A stretch of DNA of 64,000 nt, taken from the NCBI GenBank assembly GCA_036396795.1, contig DASWKF010000084.1, positions 71,002 to 135,001 on the forward strand. The letters are read 5' to 3'. The notes beneath the pieces are model-generated. The model searched no databases, was not told where the DNA came from, and saw only the letters and a program-made list of their open reading frames with translations. The stretch comes from Gammaproteobacteria bacterium (GTDB lineage Bacteria; Pseudomonadota; Gammaproteobacteria; Steroidobacterales; Rariloculaceae). Below, in pieces: positions 9,212 through 17,485 of the stretch. The position numbers and the translations under genes were made by a program. How positions within the stretch are numbered: position 1 is the stretch's first letter; every line of letters begins with the position of its first letter.

Positions 9212-10212
9212 GCAAACGTCGCCGAGACCAAGAGAGCATGAACCTGTCGTTCCTCGACGTGATCACTTGCGGTTTCGGCGGAATCATCCTGTTGCTGGTG
9301 ATCATCAAGATCTTCGAGCCGATAAGGCTCGAAGAAAGCCACGACCAGCTCGAAGGTCTCATCGCCAGATATCAGCAGGAACTGAACGAGATCGTCGGAG
9401 AAACGGAGAGCATACGGCGCGAGAGGCTCGCGGCCGTCGAGAACGTGGAGGCCGACGAGGTCCAGGTCACGCAGCTGCAGCAGGAGCTCGTCAGGATCCG
9501 TTCCGAGGTTCTGACCAGTCAGGACAACTCGAGCGTTTCCTCGGAGCTCGTGGGGCGATTGGCGCAGGCCAAGCAGCGGCTCACGGAGGAGATGCAGCGC
9601 TTGCTGGCGAACTACAGGCCCGATCCCGACGACTACATGGTCGGAGGAATCCCCGTCGACAGCGAGTACATCATTTTCATCATCGACACCTCCGGCAGCA
9701 TGCAGCGCTACGCCTGGGACCGGGTACGCAGGCAGATTCGCGAGACCTTGGAGGTCTATCCGCAGGTCAAGGGCATCCAAGTCATGAACGACATGGGTGA
9801 ATACATGTTCAAGAGCTATCGGAACGAGTGGATTCCGGATACGCCCGGACGCAGAGAAGCGATCAACGACGCGCTAGCCGAGTGGAATGCGTTCTCCAAC
9901 TCCAGCCCGCGCGAAGGCATACTGGCCGCGATAGAGACGTTTTATGACCCCGCGAAGAAGATAAGCCTCTACGTCTACAGCGATGATTTCTCCTCCGGCT
10001 CGATCAACGCCGTAGTGCGCGAGGTCGATCGCCGCAACCGGGTCGGCGACGACGGCACGCGCCGTGTGCGGATTCACGCCGTCGCCTTTCCGGTCTACTA
10101 CGAGGTCGCCAACGGCGAGCTTCTCTCGTCGGCTCGTTTTGCGATATTGATGCGCGAGCTGTGTCAGCGCAACGGCGGCACCTTCGTCGCCCTGCCTTCG
10201 CTGCGCAGTTAG
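9208..10212 (+). CDS. ExbD/TolR/MotB-like N-terminal TM (buried Asp) + coiled-coil + vWA protein, paralog 2
   Basis: N-terminus MNLSFLDVITCGFGGIILLLVII, then a coiled-coil stretch (QLEGLIARYQQELNEIVGETESIRRERL...VTQLQQELVRIRSE). vWA motif IIFIIDTSGSM (DxSxS). ATG 9208 overlaps the upstream stop (ATGA). Confidence 0.75.
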   Translation: MSKRRRDQESMNLSFLDVITCGFGGIILLLVIIKIFEPIRLEESHDQLEGLIARYQQELNEIVGETESIRRERLAAVENVEADEVQVTQLQQELVRIRSEVLTSQDNSSVSSELVGRLAQAKQRLTEEMQRLLANYRPDPDDYMVGGIPVDSEYIIFIIDTSGSMQRYAWDRVRRQIRETLEVYPQVKGIQVMNDMGEYMFKSYRNEWIPDTPGRREAINDALAEWNAFSNSSPREGILAAIETFYDPAKKISLYVYSDDFSSGSINAVVREVDRRNRVGDDGTRRVRIHAVAFPVYYEVANGELLSSARFAILMRELCQRNGGTFVALPSLRS

Positions 10213-10329
10213 CCAGAATTCGTCATCTTTCATCCGCAATGGTGCCTGAATCCGCCACGGCCGCGGCTGGGTCGGCGGTTCTAATGACTTTCCGTGCAAT
10301 AGGGCACGGGAAATCAGAGGAGCTTGAAG

Positions 10330-11052
10330 ATGATCAAGAAAATCTTCGCCGTCGGCGTAGCGGGATTGGTACTGTCCAGCAGCGGCTGGACGGCCGAGGT
10401 GAGCCAGTCCTCGACTCAGGAGCGGATTGGTCTCAGCAGCGGAGCCGTCCTCGGCGGCTTGGCCGGTGGGCCGCTGGGGTTGGTCTTCGGCGCCGCTTTC
10501 GGCGGCTGGCTGGGTGACCAGTTTTCCGACGCGCGTCGCGAGCAGGCTGAATCCGAGGCGCGCTGGCGGCAGGCCAGCGAAGAAGCCGCCAATCTGAATG
10601 CGCTCGTGATCGGCGGTGAGCGTGCGCTCGAGCGGCAGAGCTCGGAATACCGCCGGAATCTTGTCGCGATGGAGAGTACCGTACGCGATGCCTTGGATGT
10701 CCAAGTCCTGTTCAAGACCGGAGAGAGCAGCCTGACCGATGAAACCAGGCAAAGGCTCACGCGGCTCGCTGAGCTGTTGTCACGTATGGACGGGATGCTG
10801 GTGCGAATCGAGGGTCACGCAGATGCTCGCGGCGCGCCGGAGCTCAACGAGCAGCTTTCCGTCGAGCGTGCGGTATCCGTCAGGGACATTCTCGTGCGGG
10901 CCGGCGTTCCTGCGGATCGGATCACGACCGATGCGCAAGGCGAGCGGCAAGCCAGCGCCGGCAGCGAGGATGCCGACGGCATGGCCTTCGAGCGCCGGGT
11001 GCAGCTCACGCTGCTGCCGACAGGTGCTGATCGCGCGGTCGCCCGAGAATAG
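10330..11052 (+). CDS. secreted Gly-zipper / coiled-coil / OmpA-family peptidoglycan-binding protein
   Basis: AGGAG 9 nt upstream of ATG 10330. Signal peptide MIKKIFAVGVAGLVLSSSGWTA. Gly-zipper GAVLGGLAGGPLGLVFGAAFGGWLG. OmpA_C motifs VLFKTGESSLTDETRQRL...RIEGHADARGAPELNEQLSVERAVSVRDIL. Confidence 0.85.
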   Translation: MIKKIFAVGVAGLVLSSSGWTAEVSQSSTQERIGLSSGAVLGGLAGGPLGLVFGAAFGGWLGDQFSDARREQAESEARWRQASEEAANLNALVIGGERALERQSSEYRRNLVAMESTVRDALDVQVLFKTGESSLTDETRQRLTRLAELLSRMDGMLVRIEGHADARGAPELNEQLSVERAVSVRDILVRAGVPADRITTDAQGERQASAGSEDADGMAFERRVQLTLLPTGADRAVARE

Positions 11053-11074
11053 ACGCGACTCGAGCGAGCAGCTG

Positions 11075-11104
11075 CGCCGTGCGGTGTTTGCGCGCCGCAC
11101 GGCG
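11075..11104. terminator. GC-rich hairpin between convergent genes (possible bidirectional terminator)
   Basis: CGCCGTGCGG (11075-11084) pairs with CCGCACGGCG (11095-11104) around a 10-nt loop. No clear U-tract. Confidence 0.35.
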
Positions 11105-11116
11105 TCGCGCCGCGGC

Positions 11117-11812
11117 TCAGCATCGTTGCGCTGGCGTCGTTGCCGGCTCGAGCAGCGACGACAAGTCCGGTGCTTCTTCCGCGGTGCCGACGCGGGGGAG
11201 CACGAGCAGCTTCGTACTACCGCAAAATCGCTCGAGCACGCCTGCGGTCTCCACTGCCGGCACGGCAGGGTCGACGGATTCGCTGACGACGATGGCGCGC
11301 AGCGGTATCCCTCTGAGCTCCAGAACCTCTCGCGCCGTGAGCGCATGACTGATGGCGCCCAGATAGCTGCCCGTCACGAGAACGGTCTCGACCTCGAGCA
11401 TGGCGATCCAATCGACAACCGTATGCCGCCGATCGAGCGGTACCATGACGCCGCCGACTCCCTCGATCAGCACGACGCCGGCATGCTCGCGTCCCGAGCT
11501 GAAGTCGAGTAGCGCGTCGAACGGGATCTCGCGATTTTCCCTGGCTGCCGCAAGATCCGGTGACAGCGGCGCCCCGAAGCGCCACGGACTGATGCGATCC
11601 AGATGCGCGTCGTCGATCGGCAGACCGAGGGCGCTCAGCAGTAGACCGGCGTCCGATTCGGCGACCTTGGCGGCGTCGAATCCGGTGATCACGGGTTTGA
11701 TGGCATCGACGCTCACGCCCTGTCGCCGCAATTGGGCAATCAGTGCCCTGGCGAGAAATGTCTTGCCGATGTCCGTGCCGGCGCCGGTAATGAATAGCCT
11801 AGAACCTATCAT
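11117..11812 (-). CDS. bioD: dethiobiotin synthetase
   Basis: FITGAGTDIGKT P-loop, KPV, and LIEGVGGVMVP, collinear with E. coli BioD. Start overlaps the bioF stop by 4 nt. Confidence 0.9.
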   Translation of the reverse strand: MIGSRLFITGAGTDIGKTFLARALIAQLRRQGVSVDAIKPVITGFDAAKVAESDAGLLLSALGLPIDDAHLDRISPWRFGAPLSPDLAAARENREIPFDALLDFSSGREHAGVVLIEGVGGVMVPLDRRHTVVDWIAMLEVETVLVTGSYLGAISHALTAREVLELRGIPLRAIVVSESVDPAVPAVETAGVLERFCGSTKLLVLPRVGTAEEAPDLSSLLEPATTPAQRC

Positions 11813-12996
11813 GCGGAATATTGAGACAGGTTCTGATCAAGGCTCGAGAGCACGCGGTCGATTGCGGCGGCGAGGTCCTCGACGTCGCTTTCGGCGTGCA
11901 TTGCAGAGAAGGCACATCGGAGCCGGGCGGTGCCCGCCGGAACCGTCGGCGGGCGGATCGCCACGACGAGGTAGCCGAGATCTTCGAGGTTCCTGCTGGC
12001 GCTCAGCGCCCGCTCGGGCGTACCGAGCAGAATCGGCACGATGGCGCTCTGCGCCTCGGGCTGACCACGTCGTTTCGCGAACAGCCGCGCATTCGCAAGC
12101 GGCTTGGCCACGAGCTCGGCATCTGAACCGATGATCTCCAGTGCCTTGCCGGCGGCGGCGAGCGTTCCCGGCGGCAGGCCCGTCGTGTAGATGAGGCTGC
12201 GCGCGCGATTGCGAATCAACTCTGCGACGCTATGGCTCGTGCATAGATAGCCCCCATAGGCGCCGACGGCCTTGGAGAGCGTGCCCATCTGCAGCGGAAT
12301 CTGCAGCGCAGCGCCGCCCTCGATCGCCGACCCACGGCCGTTGCCGAGCACTCCGAGCCCATGCGCGTCGTCCGTCATGAGCCAGGCATCGTGGGCAATT
12401 GCGCTTGCGAGCAGCTCGTCCAGCCGCGGCCGATCGCCGTCCATGCTGAAAACGCCCTCGGTGAGTACCAGGCAGTGACGGTGGCGTCGTCGCTCGCTTC
12501 GAAGCAGCTCGCCGGCTTGACCCACGTCGTTGTGCGCGAAGGTGAGGACGCGGCTACGCGCCAAGACCGTGCCGGCAAACAGACAGCTATGACAATGCTC
12601 GTCGATGATGATGAGGTCTTCCGGTCCGACCAACGCGGGTACCACGCCGATATTCGTGAGGTAGCCGCTGCCGAACACCACCGCATCCTCGGTCCCCTTA
12701 ATATCCGCCAAGCGCTCCTCGAGCTCGCGATGCAGGGGATGGTTCCCCGATACGAAGCGCGATGCACCGGCTCCGGCGCCGAAATCCCGGGTGGCGCGGC
12801 AGGCGGCCTCGATTACTTCCGGATGCAGTGACAGGCCGAGATAGTCGTTGCACGCAAAAGAAATCAGCTCTTTGCCGCCGCGCAGGATCTTTCCGCCGTC
12901 CGACCTCGTGGTCGGCGACAGCGTCCGGCGCAGGTTCTCGCTCTGCAACTTCTCGAGCTTGCTTGCAGCGAAAGCTTCCAAAGATCGTTGTCTCAA
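11809..12996 (-). CDS. bioF: 8-amino-7-oxononanoate synthase
   Basis: NDYLGLS, GSGYLTN, FSMDGD and the PLP-lysine context GTLSKAVG. Confidence 0.9.
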   Translation of the reverse strand: MRQRSLEAFAASKLEKLQSENLRRTLSPTTRSDGGKILRGGKELISFACNDYLGLSLHPEVIEAACRATRDFGAGAGASRFVSGNHPLHRELEERLADIKGTEDAVVFGSGYLTNIGVVPALVGPEDLIIIDEHCHSCLFAGTVLARSRVLTFAHNDVGQAGELLRSERRRHRHCLVLTEGVFSMDGDRPRLDELLASAIAHDAWLMTDDAHGLGVLGNGRGSAIEGGAALQIPLQMGTLSKAVGAYGGYLCTSHSVAELIRNRARSLIYTTGLPPGTLAAAGKALEIIGSDAELVAKPLANARLFAKRRGQPEAQSAIVPILLGTPERALSASRNLEDLGYLVVAIRPPTVPAGTARLRCAFSAMHAESDVEDLAAAIDRVLSSLDQNLSQYSA

Positions 12997-13154
12997 TACC
13001 GTGCTCCCAAACGAGCTTCAATCAAGCTAACCTATCCGCTGATGGGTAACGACAGTGATACCCGCGGATGACGAGTTGCATCAGTATATCGCTCTGACGA
13101 CCGCTACGAGCAGGGCCGGATTCGTCGCAACCGCCGTGGCGGGACGCTGACGCG

Positions 13155-14957
13155 ATGAGCCGGGCCGGATTCAGCTGCGCGCTTTCCGCGGACATCTGGC
13201 AGAGCAAGTATCGTTACCTCGACGGCGCCGTCCCGGAGGAGAGCGTCGCGGACTCTTGGACGAGGGTTGCGGGCGCGCTCAGCAAGCATGAGGCCCACCC
13301 CGAGATCTGGGAGAACCGATTCAGAGACATTCTGGACGCATTTCGATTTCTACCGGGCGGCCGGATACTGGCGGGCGCCGGCACGCATCACCGGACGACG
13401 CTTTGCAACTGCTTCGTGATGGGATTCATTCGTGACTCCATGGACGATATTTTCGAGCGGCTGAAGGAAAGCGCGCTGACCATGCAGTGGGGCGGCGGGA
13501 TCGGTTGTGACTTCTCGACCCTGAGGCCGCGTGGATCGTTGGCGCTGCAGCGTAATACGACGGCTTCCGGGCCCGTATCGTTCATGACGATCTGGGACGC
13601 GACCTGCGCCGCGCTCATGTCCACGGGCTCGAGACGCGGTGCGATGATGGGCACTCTTCGCTGCGATCATCCGGACGTTCTGGAGTTCATCGACGCCAAG
13701 CGTGTGGCCGGCGAGCTCACGAACTTCAATTTGTCGTTGCAGATCACCGATGAATTCATGACGGCTCTATCGGAGAACGGGGAATGGCCCCTCTGTTTTC
13801 CGGATGCCAAAGTCTCGAAGACGGATTCGCGTCTGCTGCAATGGCCCGGGGCGGACCGAAAGATTCCGTGCCGGATCTTCGAAAGGGTTCCGGCTCGAGA
13901 GATCTGGGCGGCCACGATGAGCGCCGCCTACGATTCGGCGGAGCCCGGCGTGTTGTTCGTCGATCAGATCAACCGCCACAACAATCTCCACTATCGAGAG
14001 CACATAACGACGACCAACCCTTGTGGCGAGATACCTTTGCCGCCGTATGGCGCCTGCGTGCTCGGCTCCCTCAATCTGACCGCATTCGTCCGGTTCGCCT
14101 TCTCCAGGCAGGCCTCGCTGGATTTACCGGAGATCGAGCGTGTTGCGATGACGGCAACCCGGCTTCTGGACAACGTGGTGGATTGCTCCGGCTTCCCGCT
14201 CGCCGCACAGAAAGCACAGGCAGCCGGAGCCCGGCGCATCGGCGTGGGAATTACCGGTCTCGCCGATGCTTTGATCATGCTGGGCCACCGCTATGATACC
14301 GATGCGGCAAGAGAGATCGCCCGAAGTGTCGTCGAGCGCGTGCGCGACGCGGCTTACCTCGCTTCGACCCAGCTCGCGGAAGACAAGGGCAGCTTTCCTT
14401 ACTTCGACAAAGACGCGTATCTCGACGGCGAGTACGTCAAGACCTTGCCCGTGTCCATCAGGGACGCCATCGCTCGGCGCGGAATTCGCAACAGCCATCT
14501 CCTGGCTATCGCACCGACGGGAACGATCAGCCTGCTGGCGAATAATATCTCTAGCGGGATCGAGCCGGTGTTCGCAATGCAAGGGCAACGAAGGATGGTG
14601 AATCGGTCCGGCGAGCTCGAGGTTCGAAAGGCCACGGACCATGCCTACCGGCTGTGGCGGGAATCCGCTGGCAGTGATGCCGCGTTGCCGTCGACGTTCG
14701 TCACGGCGAGGGAGATAACTCCGGACGCCCACCTTCAGATGCAGGCCGCGCTGCAACCGCTAGTCGACAACTCGATCTCCAAGACCATCAACGTCCCGGA
14801 GTCTATCTCGAAAGACGACTTCGAAACGATTTATCTCAAGGCTTACGAGTTGGGGCTCAAGGGTTGCACGGTCTTCCGTGACAATCCGGTGAGGGGGCGC
14901 ATACTCTCGGATCAAAATGAAGCAATGATTCCCGGCTGCCCGGTTGTTGCTCCATGA
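13155..14957 (+). CDS. nrdJ: class II (adenosylcobalamin-dependent) ribonucleotide reductase, possibly lacking the C-terminal Cys-rich tail
   Basis: [41 protein letters not shown]. The protein ends ...IPGCPVVAP directly against the broken M50 gene. Confidence 0.85.
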   Translation: MSRAGFSCALSADIWQSKYRYLDGAVPEESVADSWTRVAGALSKHEAHPEIWENRFRDILDAFRFLPGGRILAGAGTHHRTTLCNCFVMGFIRDSMDDIFERLKESALTMQWGGGIGCDFSTLRPRGSLALQRNTTASGPVSFMTIWDATCAALMSTGSRRGAMMGTLRCDHPDVLEFIDAKRVAGELTNFNLSLQITDEFMTALSENGEWPLCFPDAKVSKTDSRLLQWPGADRKIPCRIFERVPAREIWAATMSAAYDSAEPGVLFVDQINRHNNLHYREHITTTNPCGEIPLPPYGACVLGSLNLTAFVRFAFSRQASLDLPEIERVAMTATRLLDNVVDCSGFPLAAQKAQAAGARRIGVGITGLADALIMLGHRYDTDAAREIARSVVERVRDAAYLASTQLAEDKGSFPYFDKDAYLDGEYVKTLPVSIRDAIARRGIRNSHLLAIAPTGTISLLANNISSGIEPVFAMQGQRRMVNRSGELEVRKATDHAYRLWRESAGSDAALPSTFVTAREITPDAHLQMQAALQPLVDNSISKTINVPESISKDDFETIYLKAYELGLKGCTVFRDNPVRGRILSDQNEAMIPGCPVVAP

Positions 14958-15764
14958 GCTCGCCCACTCGATCGTTGCGCAGCGGCATGGGGATTCGCGT
15001 GCCGCGCATCGTTCTGTTCGTCTTCGGAGGCGTTTCCGAGCTCGAGTCGGAACCTGAGACGCCGGCGGCGGAGTTCAGGATCGCGATCGTCGGCCCGGCG
15101 ATGAGCCTCGCGCTGGGGCTGTCGTTCTCCCTGCTCGGGGTGGGCCTGGCCGGCCCCGGCTTCGTCAACGAGCTCGGCACCGATCCCGGGGCGGCCATGG
15201 CCGAGCTCGGGCCGGCAGCGACACTGCTCCTGTGGCTCGGACCGGTGAACGTGGCGCTGGCGGTGTTCAATCTGGTTCCAGGATTCCCATTGGACGGCGG
15301 CCGCGTGCTTCGAGCGGCCCTATGGTATTCGGCGGCGATCTCAACTGCTGTTGACCCAAACGATGGTGACGCTACAGGTTGCGGACCTCATGCGAACGCG
15401 TTTCGAGCAGATTCAGGGCGACGTGCCGTTGCGCAGATTCATCGACGACAAATTGCTTCGAAGCGATCAAGTGTGCTGGCCGGTGCTTGAAGCAGATCGG
15501 CCGGTGGGTCTGATCAGTATCGAGTCGATCAGGGCTAAAGTCTCCGAGGACGCGAGCCGACTTTCCGTTGCCGACGCGATGGACGAATTAGGCGACGCGG
15601 TTCGGCCGGATCTGCGCGGCCGAGATGCGCTCAAATTTCTGCTCGCGTCCAAGCGCGATCCGATACCCGTAGTGGAGGCCGGCTATGTCGTCGGCTTGCT
15701 GCATCACGCCGATCTCATGCGATGGCTTGCGCTGCATCAGCTCGAAAACCAGCTGCGGATATGA
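14926..15764 (+). pseudogene. decayed site-2 protease (M50) with CBS pair: N-terminally truncated, frameshifted and internally deleted
   Basis: Frame 1 from 14926 reads [21 protein letters not shown] (HExxH). After a GGGG run at about 14988 the homology continues in frame 2 ([18 protein letters not shown]...[20 protein letters not shown]). At about 15330-15350 it jumps to frame 0 ([16 protein letters not shown]... CBS pair to 15764), with roughly 70 aa of expected TM region missing. No N-terminal TM or start codon. Confidence 0.7.
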
Positions 15765-15793
15765 GCTCGACCGGGAACGGAAACGACAGACAC

Positions 15794-17485
15794 TCACGGG
15801 TCCGAGCTCGCGAGGCGTGAACGAATCCGTCCAGCGAGCTTTTCTCCCGAGAATGGTTGCTCCGTATCGACGCGTATCGTTCGAGCAAGCTCAGCCGGGT
15901 CGAGCTCATCGCGCGCGCCGATCTGATGGTCGAGCACGTCCAGATCGGCCTCGGACGCATCGAGTTGCCCGGCGAGCCTGGCCCGAATCCGGTCGCGTAG
16001 CGTCCTATCCGAAGCGATGCAGTCGAGAATCGCGAAGGGGACATCCAGCGCCTCAGCAAGCCTCGCGATACGCCGTCTCTGGTCGGCTTGCAAGAACGCC
16101 GCATCGAGGATGATGTTGAACCCCGCTCCGATGGCGGCTCGAGCATGGTGCTCGAGCGCGGCATAGGTCGAGGCTGTCCGCCGTTCCGAGTAGAGTCCAG
16201 CGCCCAGCTTCGAGCAGCTGCGTTGACGCTCTTCCAGACCGGCGAGCCTTTTCCTTTCCAGGTCACTGCGCAGCCGGATCGCGGGGAGCGCAGAGATCAA
16301 CGCCGTGCTCACCGTCGTTTTGCCGCTTCCCGACAAGCCGTGAGTCATGACAATCGCCGGCCGCTTCGGCCCAAGAAGCTTGCTGGCCAACGCCAGGTAG
16401 GGTCGGGGCGACGAGCTGCCGCTTGCAGCATGATTTCGCATCGTTTTGATGGCGCGAACCTTGGCTCGAACGACGGCTCTATGCGCGAGGTAGCCGTCGA
16501 GAACCATCAACCCGTCATAGTCGCCGGTCACTTCCAGATAGCGGTTGAGGAACGCGCAGGCGAGATCGATGCGTTCATGCGCCATCAGGTCCATGGTGAG
16601 GAACGCCGCCTCGTCGATGACGTCGAGCCACCGAAGGCCGGGGTCGAACTCCAGGGCGTCGAACGGCAGGATATGCCCGTCGAAATAGACGAGGTTCTCG
16701 AGGTGCAGGTCGCCATGCCCCTCCTTGATCGCGCCGCCGCGTTTGCGTTGATCGAAGACTGGAGCTAGACGCTCTGCGAGCGAAACGAGGCCCCTGTAGA
16801 GCACGCTGTCGGGCGCGAGCGCATCGGGCAAGCAGGCCACGGTTTCATCGAGGTTCTTCACGATCGTCGCGACGACGCTTGCCGATGATCCGTACCGGGT
16901 CTCCGAGCCTGCGGCCGGCAAGCCGAGGTGAAAGCGGCCGATGAGCTCGCCGAGCTCTTCGATCTCACCGTCGAGGCCGACATGAGTCTTGAGATATTGG
17001 TCCAAGCGGGACTGCGACGGAAACTCGTGCATCTTCACGGCATATTCGATCGCAGGAAGCGTTCCGAGGTCGGGATGCTCGGGCGTGCCGCCTATGGGTA
17101 TGACCTCGACGTAGAGCTCCGGCGCGAGGCGCCGATTAATCCGCAGCTCCTCCTCGCAGAAATGGCGGCGCTGGCTCAAGCTCGTGAAGTCGAGAAACGG
17201 CAGGCGCACGGGTTTCTTGATCTTGTAGGCGACCGCGCCCGTGAGCAGCACCCAGGAGATGTGAGTCTCGACGAGCCGGACGGACGATACGCCTGTTCCA
17301 TGGACCTTGGGGTCCAGGAGCCGCTCGATGAGGAGCTCGGCGCTAGCTGCGTTCAGGCCGGCTCGCCTCCCATTGCAGCAAGAAGCTCGGCGGTTTTTTC
17401 GCGCATGAGATCGGTGTTGCTGCGACTTTCGACGTTGAGCCTCAGCAGCGGTTCGGTGTTCGACGCCCGAACGTTGAAACGCCAA
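15794..17485 (-). CDS. bifunctional phosphotransferase (APH-like) / P-loop kinase protein
   Basis: ETHISWVLLTG..AYKIKKPV, HGDLHLEN (HxDxxxxN), C-terminal P-loop MTHGLSGSGKTT. The ATG at 17485 would overlap the upstream gene by 133 nt, so the true start is uncertain. Confidence 0.75.
   Translation of the reverse strand: MAFQRSGVEHRTAAEAQRRKSQQHRSHARKNRRASCCNGRRAGLNAASAELLIERLLDPKVHGTGVSSVRLVETHISWVLLTGAVAYKIKKPVRLPFLDFTSLSQRRHFCEEELRINRRLAPELYVEVIPIGGTPEHPDLGTLPAIEYAVKMHEFPSQSRLDQYLKTHVGLDGEIEELGELIGRFHLGLPAAGSETRYGSSASVVATIVKNLDETVACLPDALAPDSVLYRGLVSLAERLAPVFDQRKRGGAIKEGHGDLHLENLVYFDGHILPFDALEFDPGLRWLDVIDEAAFLTMDLMAHERIDLACAFLNRYLEVTGDYDGLMVLDGYLAHRAVVRAKVRAIKTMRNHAASGSSSPRPYLALASKLLGPKRPAIVMTHGLSGSGKTTVSTALISALPAIRLRSDLERKRLAGLEERQRSCSKLGAGLYSERRTASTYAALEHHARAAIGAGFNIILDAAFLQADQRRRIARLAEALDVPFAILDCIASDRTLRDRIRARLAGQLDASEADLDVLDHQIGARDELDPAELARTIRVDTEQPFSGEKLAGRIRSRLASSDP

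Noticed and set aside
13022-13154. Possible B12 riboswitch or other leader upstream of nrdJ
   Set aside because: I looked for the GCCACTG box, AAGGGAA and CCCGCAACTGT blocks on both strands and did not find them. B12 riboswitches normally repress B12-independent isozymes, not nrdJ.
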